This document shows, piece by piece, positions 45,837 through 57,175 of a stretch of DNA of 64,000 nucleotides (its first letter is position 1; each line of letters opens with the position of its first letter). Location: NCBI GenBank assembly GCA_001179505.1, contig CDMY01000531.1, positions 62,001 to 126,000 of the forward strand, in the 5' to 3' direction. Made by a program: the position numbers and the translations under genes. Under the pieces are notes generated by a model. It did no database searches, was not told the DNA's origin, and was given only the letters and a program-made list of their open reading frames with translations. This DNA is from Vitrella brassicaformis CCMP3155. Lineage: Eukaryota > Protista > Chromerida.

Positions 45837-48800
45837 CTCGCTCGCCGGATGGGCGGACTTACTCTTTTTGCACCGACCGCCGTTGTGTCTGTCTATCTAC
45901 GGGTCGGTATGACGTGCAGCGTCACTTGATCACAACGGCGTCTGATGGGATGGAGCGAGGGAGGGGTTGATTGGGCGGCGGGGGGTGGGTGTGTCTTTAT
46001 CCTTTTCTCTCCGGATGGATGGTGTTTGCTGCTGCTGTGGCGGCTGTAGCTGCTGTGGCGTGATTGATGCGTTGCCGCGTCGTCGCGTGGTGTCGTTCGT
46101 ATTATGCATTGCGTGGCGAGGCGGATGGGATGGTGCGTGCAGTTTTTTCCCATAGTACACACACACAGACAGACACCACACGCCCACTCACAACCACACA
46201 CACATCCACACATCGACATATCAACACATCAACACATCCATCCATCGTATCTTCTTTGTTTCTATCGTCAAGTCAGTATTGTGTGTATTAGGACCTATTT
46301 CTTCGCCTTTGTTGGCTCTTTTAACAGGTCAGGGAGGGAGTGGGCGAGGCCTTCTCTTGCTTGCTCCTCTGCTTGCTTGCTCTGCTCTTGCTTCCTCCGA
46401 CAGGCTGGCAGGGCAGGCAGGCAGACAAAGAGGCAGACGGGCAGAGAAGGCAAGATGACACACCCAACGAAGGCAGACAGACAGACAGACAGACAAACAG
46501 ACACCGACAGGTAGGTGACTGGCTGGCTTTCCACCACACTCACACAGGGTAACGCAACGGTCCACAATGGCTCGGCTGGCTCACTCAGGCGTCCAGTCCC
46601 CATCTCTGTCTCTCTCGATCTGTGTGTGGTTGTGTGTATGCGTGTATGGTTGTGTGGATGCACCAAGGCAGCAAGCAGTCAGTGGCAGGTGTGTGTGTGG
46701 ATGAGTGTGGGTGGATGGGTTTCATCCTATTGTGTACTTCCATCTCTCTCTGTAAGTTGCGCGTAGGCAGCAGGTATGTCACGTCACTCCCTCTCTCTCC
46801 CTCCCTCTCTAATCACCTCTCACAGACGCAGGCAGGCAGGTCGGCAGACAGACAGACACAGGGGTCACAACCCCCTCCCTCCCTGCCTCCCTCTCTCCCT
46901 CCGTCCATCGCTCCGGGATGCTCCATATTCATATTCCTTTTTTTGTCATGGTCACACACACACACCCACAGCCATACACAGTCCACAGGCAGGTGTGTGC
47001 ACGACTGACCGACTGACTGACTGACTGCAATGCGTAAAGCAGGTTGCCTGTTCTCTCCCTCTGTGTGGGGTGTATGGCGTGTTGTGTGTCGTGTGTGTGG
47101 TCTGTCGAATCGACGGGGAATAGGGGGCGATCAGATCAAAAGCCGGATCGTGCGCCGCCTACCCCTCGTCGCTGCGTACTTGACATGACGGCTGGCTGAC
47201 CGACCGACCGACCAACGAAAGGTGTGTTGTGTACCTGAATGGATGGATCACTTTCTCTCCACTCTACTCGACTGTCTTGCTGGTGTGCTGTTTTTGGTGG
47301 GCTGCGGCACTGGTTGGCTGGTGATTTAGTAATTATGCAGGAAAGGTATACTGCATAGAATGGCTGGCTGTGGGCGGCGGGGGGGGATGGGTAAGGGGTA
47401 GAGAAAGGTAGGTAATTAGCGGGGGTGTCCGTACTACTCGACCTTCGCCCGTCCTTCGTTGACTACCGTACGTAAGATCAGGCAGACAGACAGACAGGCA
47501 GACAGGTTCCTTACACGCACACACACAGGTCTCTTCCGAGACTGGCGGACGATACAGGTTTTCTCTCTCCTGGTATCTCTCTCGGCCTGCCTCTCATATC
47601 TATCTGCTGCCTCTCCCAGTCCAATCCAGTGGAATCAACGAAGGTTTTGCCTCTCTATGTATGTGCCACCTTTACCTACACAAGACAGACAGGTTTTGAC
47701 TGACTTACTGCGTCCCCCTGTGAGCCACGTTTTGTTTTCCTCCATCTTATCTTAAGCACAGCACACACACCCACTCTGTCTGTCTATCGAACGAACACAC
47801 ACACGCCAACCTATTCCTTTTTTTCTGGGCCCTCTGTTCGCCCCCCTGTATGTGTGTAGACGAACAAACAGGTAGACGTTCAATGGTGCATGTGTGTCGT
47901 CACGTCCGTTGCTGGTTTGTTTGTGCCTCATAAAATGGTGAGGCTGTGCTGTGGCGTGTGTCCAATTAAGGGGCCTGGGGGGACGAAGGGGGGGTGGGAG
48001 GGAGGAAGGTCCGCTCGGAAAGTGTTTCCTGAGTGGACTGGACACTTGCCCGCCTCGTTGTCGTTGTGCACCGCACCCCAGCGCCACCAGACGACAAACT
48101 TCCCCTCCCCTCTCCCTTTCACCTCGATCGATTGATCGATAGATGGATGGATGGATGGATGGCCATGTTCACATACTTACACACACTCCCCTGGCACCCC
48201 GGACACACGTGTGTGTGTGTGTGTGTGTGTGCGTGTCTTGCTTTGCCCTCTCCCGTGCTCTGCTCTTCTCCACTCTGGTGATCTGACCTGTCCTTCCTGT
48301 GTCTCCACACATCAACAACACCCGACACACGCACACACACACACACACATGGATGGATGGATGGATGGACTGATTTGTCGGCGGGCCATGGTGGGCTGGT
48401 GGTGGTGGTGGTTGTTAATTAGCCAGGAAGGCGGTGGTACGGAAGTGATTTCGTCCGTACTAGTGAGGGTGGATCCATCCAGCCGTGGCAAAGTGACGAC
48501 ATCAGAGAGAGACAGAGAGAGAGAGAGAGAGGGAGAGGAAAGGTCGGCTGTACAGGTGGTTCGATGGTGCAGGTGAATACGGTGCGTAGCCCCGATTTCA
48601 GGGAGGCAGACAGGTGGGTGGCTATGATCTAATGGTTCGTGCGATGGATGGATGGATGGATATGAGTGAGATAACAGAGAGAGCCTCTCACTGCTGTTTT
48701 TCGCACCCTTTGTTTCAGATACCTACACGACACACGCACACACACAGAGGGAGAAAGAGAGAGAGAGAGAGAGGGAGAGATTGGTCTGGCATTCGTTGTC

Positions 48801-49788
48801 CTGTTGCCGCGTCATGAGTGTCATGTGGATGGATGGATGGATGGGTGTGGCGTGCCTCCCTCATCTCTCGTACTCGCTGAACCGACATACCCACAATGAT
48901 AGCACCTCGTCCTTGATGGTAGAGGGACACCGGCGCTCACTGACTGACCGACACTGACACAGAGCGAGAGACACAGGTCGCCGCATGTTTGCTCAAAAAA
49001 CAAGACATCAATGAAGAATGTGACCGTTGACCGTCGGGGATAGTGGGATGGAGGGAAGGAGGGAGGGAGGGTCACCATGTCTTGTTCTTGTTCATGCTGA
49101 CCCCCCGTGTGGTGGGGTGGGTGGGCCCACCCCGCGGATGGCTGAATTGACTGACTGGCTGACTGACTGACTGACTGAGTCTGCGTGACTGTATGCCTGA
49201 CGCGTGAGTGAATTCGCTGTGCTTTGTGGATGGGGGATGGATGGATGGATTGATGTGGCTTGCTGCCGGATGGATGGGGGGCCTGTGGGGGATGGGGAAG
49301 GGTCAATGAATTCGTTCGTTTTCACACCGACCTGACTGACTGACCGACCGACCCCCACACTGACTGACTCCTTGACTGACTGGGCTGCCCCGAACTCGAC
49401 GCAACAAAACGGATGGATGCAGAGATAGATGATCGCAGCGCCACATCCACCCACCCACCCTTGCCGCCCACCACCACTTAGATGAACGGTATGGATGGTA
49501 TGGACGCCTCAATGATTGGTTCAATTGGTTCATGGTGATGCGTGACGGACGATATGACTGACATCAATCAAGAGGTCTAGACAGACACCTACCTACCTAC
49601 CTAAGCAGCTGGCCATCCACGCAGTCTGTCCGTCTGATATGAATGAGTAATAAAGCGCAGAGCAGTCACGAACCATCATCTACACGAAGCGAGCGCCATC
49701 TCGTCTCGTCTCGTCTCATCGGCCGCCACGGCCCCTAAACGCCCTCACCCCTGCCAAACCAGCAACACACAACACATAGCACCGTGAA

Positions 49789-51892
49789 TCATATTGCGGG
49801 TCTGTCAACTCGGCTCATCTCACCTCGTCCCCTGCCCGGCATCATGCCGCCTCTGCCCATCATGGGCGGCCCACGGGGGCCTGGGCCGGGCAGCGCCTGG
49901 TTGTTGATCTCGCTACGGGGGTTGCGCACCGTCTCGTCAATCGACAGAATCAAACACGCAGCCTGCAAAGGCGCACAGGGGGGATGGATGGATGGATGGG
50001 GAGATGGGTGTGTGGAGGGTGTGTGGGGGAGGACCTCGGTGGCGCTGGCGATTGCGTTTTTCTTGACGAGTGAGGGCTCCCATATGTAGCTCTCGTAGGT
50101 GTCGCAGATGCCGCCGCCCAAACAGTCCACGCCGAACCAGCGCGTCTCGGCTGAGAACAGACAGGGAGCGGACACACGCGCCGTGCCCTCTGTGTCTGTG
50201 TCTGTGTGTCCCATACGTACGTTTGGCCTGGGCGTGCTTCTGTCGCAGCTTGTTGAGCAGATCGATGGCGTCCAAACCTGACATACATCATGTGGTGGCA
50301 CAGCACAAGTCAGTCAGCACACGTAATGAAATGACTGACAGCGTTGTGCCAGTTGTGTCACGGTGTGTTTGTGTGCCTGCCTACCCACCCACCTGAGTTG
50401 GCTGCAAGCGCTTTGGGGATGCACTCGAGCGCCTTGGCGTACGCGTTGATGACCAACTGCTGCTTGCCGCTGATCGAACGGGAGTACTCTCGCAGATACC
50501 GACTCAACTCCATCTGCACACACAGCCACACACATACAACCACCGTCCACACAGCGCCATCCATCCATTTGCTCACTGACCTCGATGGCGCCTCCGCCGC
50601 CCACGACGCAGTTGGATTTGATGGCGCGGCGGACTATCATGATGGCGTCGTGGAGCGACCTCTCGGCCTCGTCGACGAACTGCTGGGCGCCGCCGCGCAG
50701 GATGATCGTGGCAGACTTGGTCTGATCGATCAGACAGATTGGATGGATGAGTCGGTGTGGTGTGGTGTGTTGGTCGTTTGGCCATCATGTCTACCATACC
50801 CCCGGGCACTCCTTGAAGAGGTTGTATCGCTCGGATCCGATCTGGATCTCCTCAAACTCGCCACACGTGCCTGAAAGACAAGCACACAGGCAGGACATTC
50901 ATGCAGCGTCATCCTCATGGTGCCTGATTGCACTGCATGGTGACTCACTCACCGAGGACGTCAGGGGTGAGGTTGTGCACAGTGGTCTGGACGGCCGCCC
51001 CCGTCGCACGCTGCGTCCGGCGGACGTCCTGATGACACACACAACGCAGCAGGTGAACGACTCGCAACTGCCGTGGCTGCACTATGGCCTACCTGTTCCT
51101 CGACACGGCCGGCACAGAACACATCACGGTCTGCACAAGGGAGGAGGAGTCGATTGAGCTCGGAATCGTCGTGCATGTGTGTGGTCTGGCTGGCTGACCG
51201 GCGAAGTACTGTGTGGCGAGGTCGCCGATCGGCAGCCGACTTAACACAACTGACGTATGGTATGGATGGACAAGGGAAGAGAATCCAGACGAGTGAGTAT
51301 CTGGCATCCATCCATCCGTCCATTGCTTCCTTACCCTTGGCGCCGCTCTTGACGATGCACTCGAGCTTCTCGTAGATGATGTGCCACTCAGCGTCGATGA
51401 TCGCCTGGTAATCCTGCACACACACGCACACGCACCCACGGACGGACTTGGATGGAGGTGCAGAAGGGTGGGCGTGGCGTGCATTGCCCGAGTGAATCGT
51501 ACCTCTGGTGAGTTGATTCTGATCTCTGCGTTGTCCTTCTCTGCTTTCAGTTCCAGCTCCAGGTTGAGCAGCAGGATCTTCGGGTGCTCGAACCTCTTGG
51601 GCTGCTGCTCAAAACCTACACAACATACAGAAAACACATGACATACACTCGAGTGCAGATGAGATGGATGGAGAGGGGATGAGTGGGCCGCTCACCGGCG
51701 TAGGAGAATGTCTTCTTGAACGCCACGCCCTTGACCAGGAGGGAGTCCTGAAACACACACCCAGCGACACACTGAGGATGCGCACTAAGGCGGCATGAAT
51801 GGGATGTGCTCTCTCACCGTGACCGATCCCCCGGTGACCTTCTTGAGGCCAATCATGTCCTGCAGCAAAGGTACCGACGTAGCAGACGTGTA

Positions 51893-51923
<31 letters not shown>

Positions 51924-52956
51924 TCACTCACTTTGTCCAGGTCCTCGTCGAGTGTCATGACGGCGTCCACAACCATCTGATCGGCACACGGCCATCCACA
52001 TGGATCTCTTTGTTGGCGTGTGTGTGTGTTTGAAGCCTCGTCGCCTACCGTGCTGAAGAACTTCTTGTATCCCGACACGAGCTTCGAGTTGAGGGTCGTC
52101 TCGGCGCACTTCTGCAGCAAATCACGCTTCTCGCTGCAGACACACACTCACACACATACACACATGACGCGTCAATCGTTCCATGCACCTCCCTCCGTCC
52201 CTCCCTCACTCGTTGGTTTTGTCGGAGAGGTTGATTTGTATGTCTTCGAGTTTGTTGAGTGCGACCTGGCTGGCCTTGCGGAAGCCCCTGGAGACGATCT
52301 GCGGGTGCAGCCCGTCCTCGATGAACACCTTGGCCTCCTTCAACAACTCGCCGGCCAGCAACACAACACTCGTCGTCCCGTCACCTACCTAACACACAGA
52401 GAGACAGACAGAGGCAGGCAGACAGATGGGCTCATGGACGGGTGGATGGATGGCTGGGTGACCTCTTCATCTTGTGCTTTGGCGATGTCGACCATAATCT
52501 TGGCCGCCGGGTGGACGACATTGAGCAGCTTCATGACAGTCGCGCCGTCGTTGGTGATGGTCACGTCGCTGCCCTCATGGATCAGCTTGTCCATGCCACG
52601 CGGACCTGCACACACACGCACACACACAACACGCATACACACAGACACGGGCGGCCACATCCTCCCATCTCTCTGGCATTGTGTTGTGTTGTGCTGTGTT
52701 TGTGGCCGACCTAGTGTGGTCCTGACTATGTCGACGACGACTTGGCATGCGTTGATGTTGCTGATGATCTGAGACTTGCCCTGGGACGAGTCGGTGCCCT
52801 CCTTGAGCAGAAGGATGGTCGGTTGCTGCACACATGCCACACCATATCCGTCAGCAATGAGTCAGCAGCCATCGGGCAACCGAGATGAGCATGGCGGAGG
52901 CCTCCATCTGTTACAACAGCTTCCCGTGCATGTGATCTTACCAGCATGTAACTCAT
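49789..52956 (-). CDS. CCT7: T-complex protein 1 subunit eta (chaperonin CCT7)
   Basis: MSYML|[65 protein letters not shown] (eta-specific), YQAIIDAEW, Gly/Met/Arg-rich tail. Last codons approximate. Confidence 0.96.
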
Positions 52957-53164
52957 GTTGGCGGCTTGAAACGAACGCGGAGGAGATCCAGCTCAACCTC
53001 AGTTGCTGCCCGCTGTTTCTTCTTCTCCTTCCAAGCAAGCTCAGCTGCGAGCTCAAGGCAGATCTCCCTCCCGCATTTCTCCTTCCATTGGACTGATTCC
53101 CTCTGTTGCAAATGATGAGAGAGCCCATGCACCGACTCAGGAGTATCGATTGCGCCGCAATTTG

Positions 53165-54268
53165 ATGATGGAGGAGCTGCAGAAGCGAGTTGAGCAGCTC
53201 GAGGGTCAGCTTGCGGAGCTGACCCTTCCAGATGCCGCCTCATCGAGTGCCTACACCGACGTGGCCGAGCGGGAGATCCGCATGCAGGCGCAAGAACACA
53301 TGAGGACACAGGCTCGGTTGGTGGAGGTCCTCACAAGTGACCGAGATGAATGGAAGATGCGGTGTAAGCGGCTTGAGGCGGAGTTGGCCGAGCTGCGTGC
53401 AGCGAGTGACCGTCAGCCCGTCGAGCTCATCCTCGATGACGGCAGCAAATACTATGGCCGCGTCAAGAACGGTCGCCCACACGGCCCCGGCAAGCAGACC
53501 GACATGGACAGGCACAAGAAGATCTACGAGGGGCAGTGGGCTGATGAGAAGTATGACGGCGTCGGTGTGTGTTATCATGGCGACGGCGAGACCAAGAAGT
53601 ACGACGGCCAGTGGACAGCCGGCAAGTACCATGGTCAGGGCGTCAGCTACGATCAGAATGGCACCAAGGAGAAAGAAGGACAATGGGTAGACGGCAGGAT
53701 GCACGGCCAGGGCACCAGCTACCGCGCCAATGGCAAGATGGAGTATCAGGGGCATTGGGTGAGTGGCAAGTATGACGGCCAGGGCACCCAGTACGACTCA
53801 AGCGGCTCGGAGCTCTACCGGGGCGAATGGCGGGAGGGACAGATGCACGGCGAGGGCTGGATCAGCAGCATCACGTGGGGAGGCAGCAAAGACACCGGCC
53901 CGCTGCTCGACGGCCAGCCTCATGGCCAGGGGATCAGCTATCATCAAAACGGCAAGAGGGCGTACGAGGGCCAGTGGCGGTGCGGACACAAGCACGGGGA
54001 GGGCATCTCGTATCACGATAACGGCGAGAAGGAGTACGAGGGAGGGTGGGAGAATGGGGAGTGGCACGGCCAGGGCACGGCCAGCTGTCGCTCCCTCGGC
54101 CCTGTGTTCGAGGGGCGGTTTGCCAGGGGGACGGCGACATGTGGGACGTTTTACTCCGGCTGTGTGGCAGAGCAGCAGTGGCGAGCTGGTCAGGCAATCG
54201 ACATACATGTCGAATGGGGGCTGCTAGCGGACTGCGGAGGCATTCCTGACTGGGTGCCCAATATATGA
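53165..54268 (+). CDS. Intronless MORN-repeat protein with an N-terminal coiled coil
   Basis: Single uninterrupted ORF; about 9-10 repeats of the type YEGQW..GKYHGQG.SY..NG; N-terminal MMEELQKRVEQLEGQLAEL..CKRLEAELAELR. Confidence 0.9.
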   Translation: MMEELQKRVEQLEGQLAELTLPDAASSSAYTDVAEREIRMQAQEHMRTQARLVEVLTSDRDEWKMRCKRLEAELAELRAASDRQPVELILDDGSKYYGRVKNGRPHGPGKQTDMDRHKKIYEGQWADEKYDGVGVCYHGDGETKKYDGQWTAGKYHGQGVSYDQNGTKEKEGQWVDGRMHGQGTSYRANGKMEYQGHWVSGKYDGQGTQYDSSGSELYRGEWREGQMHGEGWISSITWGGSKDTGPLLDGQPHGQGISYHQNGKRAYEGQWRCGHKHGEGISYHDNGEKEYEGGWENGEWHGQGTASCRSLGPVFEGRFARGTATCGTFYSGCVAEQQWRAGQAIDIHVEWGLLADCGGIPDWVPNI

Positions 54269-54948
54269 CTTTGACCTTCTGGCTGCTCGTGGCTTGGTGT
54301 GTGGCCTTTCTGTGAGCCTCTCTGGGAGGAAGGGCGGGGAATGCTGCTGCTGTCGATAGTGTGCATGTGACGTACGTCGATGAGCCGTTTGTGCCTGTGA
54401 CGTGCTCCTGCATGTTTTCGCCGCAAGGATCTCCCTGTCTTGAATACCATGTGTGAAAACACACTGCGTGGCCCATGATTGTCGACACTCACCCATGGGT
54501 CAGAGCCCATCAACGGCCATCGGTGCGTGCGTGCACTGGTCCATTGATAAGTAAATTGCCCTCCCCTGAACGAGTGAAGGGGCGCACAGACACAAAGGAG
54601 ACACCGACAGCAAATACGTAGCTATAGATGACGAAACGCAGCAGAACAGACTTACTTATCCAGTGGCCCAGATTCTCGTGGTGGGTGACGGTGATTCCTC
54701 TTTAGTGTGCGTGTAGTGTGTTGTGGCCGTGTCCATTGCACGCACATCGACGCAATGGGCTTTCATTGTATCCAGACGTTTGCACTCGTCTCCCGTGAAA
54801 TCAGAACAAAACATAGGCTGTCGTCCTCTCATCCTGTCTCTCTGCCCGTCTTGTCAGCGTCGTGCGTGTGTGTATGTCTCACATAATTCCCTTGTCCGTG
54901 TGCTTCCCCTGAACCATTTGTCCGGGAGGGCCTTCGGTGTTTTGGCCC

Positions 54949-56589
54949 TCATTCGTCCTTTGCCGCTTCGGATGCCTTCTTTTTGCCCAGCACGACGGAC
55001 TTCGGATCCTGGGAAGAAGGCTGCTGCTCCTCGCACTTGGGGTCGTCGATCTCGAGTGTGCGACGGTCCTTCTTTTCCATCAGCTTCTGCCAGTCGCCAG
55101 CAGTTGTCACCCCGTCGGCTGCAGTGCATGACACATGACACGCCGACAGAAATGGTTAATCCGCAGACTGGGGCATCCTGCTTCATATCTGTGGACTGAC
55201 CGAGCACTGTAGTCACGTCGTACATCTCTGCGAACAGCTCATCGACGTCAAACTGTGCCTGCCTGCAGATCTTGAACTGCATGCACATCAAGGGCAGCAT
55301 GTATGTGTGAATGGGTAAGGGATGTCTCACTGTGTCTCCTTCACATACGTAGTTGGGCACTGGGTAGGCCTCGGACGGATCCTTGACAATGCACTCCTTT
55401 CCGGGTGGCACAACCAGCGCGTAAGCGACCTCAAAGCGTGTCTGCAGTAACTCTTCTTCACTGGCATCCTTCGCAGCACTGCATCACGACGCACACACAC
55501 ATACACACGCACACACGCGGAATGTCTACGGATACATACACCAAAGACATGACATACCCCCATGGGATGTACGCCAAGGGCACCAAATTATAGCCGCTTT
55601 CGCGGCACCTCACTTTCTTTATCGTCTCATCCTTCAAGTCGTAGACAACGCCGGTCAGAAGGGGGAAGGTGCCTCGCGCCGCGGACAATTTTTTGTACTT
55701 ATAATGTGGGAAGTTCTCTATGTTGAGCACAGCGACAGCCGTCTCGACGCAGGGGTCCTTGTGCGTGAACTTGTAGGAGCCCAGCACACCACCCGTCACC
55801 AGCTCGAACAAAGCAGCGTCGTCCTCGACCGCTCCACTCAAGTACTCGTTTGTCAGCTTTCTCTTCATCTCACCGCGACATGTCTTAAAGGTCGACAAGC
55901 AGCATATCAGGCTGCTGACTCACCTGCCTGTTACTCAATACGGCGCTGACCTTGAAGGCGTAATTGAAAATTCGACGAGCGCCGAATGCCACGGCCGGGC
56001 GTGCCGTGGCAACTTCCTCAGGCTATCACAAATCATGACAAATGCAACTCCGTTTTGCAAACTGCGTGTTGCCTTCCTTCTACTGTTCGAGCACCGTGAA
56101 AGAGCGTAGAGCCGACTGAGTTGAGGCCAGGGAGTCAAAGCCGATGATGGGAAGTGTCGGGCGCTGCCCTCGTGAAAAGATGGGCATCGTTGTATTGTCG
56201 ACTTCCTTTCGGAGCCACTTCTCCACTTCTGGCAAGTACACACATGTGGCCCTCTCCTGTTTCTGCGTGCCTGCTCACCTAGACACGGATAGTGGAAGGC
56301 TTTATTTTTCTTGAGCTGCTTCACTATGTTGTCCCTCTTGGCGGCGAAGTACTTGTCAAGGCGGTGCCACAGGGTCTCAAGCTTCGGCGCGTCTAAGACA
56401 TAGCCATGGTGCATGCATCTCTTGGTTTGGCCGCTTGATTGCGACATGCAGCAGCTGTGCCTGACCTGACTGCTCAAGGGCACGATGCGGATGCTGCCAG
56501 TGGGCATTCACTGGAGTCCCGGCAAGGAAGTCGGCGCCGCACACCGTCGCCAAGAAGACGACGACCAGCATATTCTTGAGCGACAGCAT
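54949..56589 (-). CDS. Secreted hypothetical protein (signal peptide MLSLKNMLVVVFLATVCGA)
   Basis: Exons splice in frame (..ALEQS|DAPKLETLWHRLDKYF..YPCL|EVEKWLRKE..; SLICCLSTFKTCRGEMKRKLTNEYL..); stop at 54949. No domain recognised. Confidence 0.7.
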
Positions 56590-57175
56590 TCTGAGGGGAG
56601 AAGGATGCTTAAAGGACGGAACCGCTTGCCTTGAAAGCACCCACGGTGCGCATGGGGGCCGCCTAGAGGGGGCCACAGTCTCATGGACGACCTGGGAATC
56701 CTGGCCAAGTGTGTACTCTATTTTCCAGGCAGGTACGACGGCAGGGGCTCGAGGACATCATCAAGCGAGTACAGTATGTGTGTGCGTGGTGGGCGGCGCC
56801 GCTGGAAGATACGCCAGGCGGGCGCTGAGGATGGTGCTGGCATGTTTGTCGCATGATTGAGGGTTGGTCGATTGACGCAGTCCATTTCATGAGAGACCGA
56901 CCTATGAGCTAATGTATTTTTGTGTTTATCAAGCAGGCCATGCGTGCCGTCCACCCCCAGTCTGTGGACCAATATGTGACACATATCATACTAAAATTGT
57001 CGACACTCGCCTCTATGATTCAGATATCGACATCGATAGCTAGGCCGAACATCCATCCAATGGCATGCACTTATCCATCCACAAATCTCCTTCCCCCGAG
57101 ATACCTATACACTATTCTCGTCATGCTCTTGTCGCACCCGCGCACGAACAGGCTGGTGTCCTTTTAGTTGATCGA

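Noticed and set aside
46100-49600. Many 60-160-aa ORFs rich in VCVC/THTH/DGWM/SLSL
   Set aside because: Translations of (CA)n, (GGAT)n, (GACA)n and (GA)n microsatellites; the same applies to such ORFs inside introns throughout the window.
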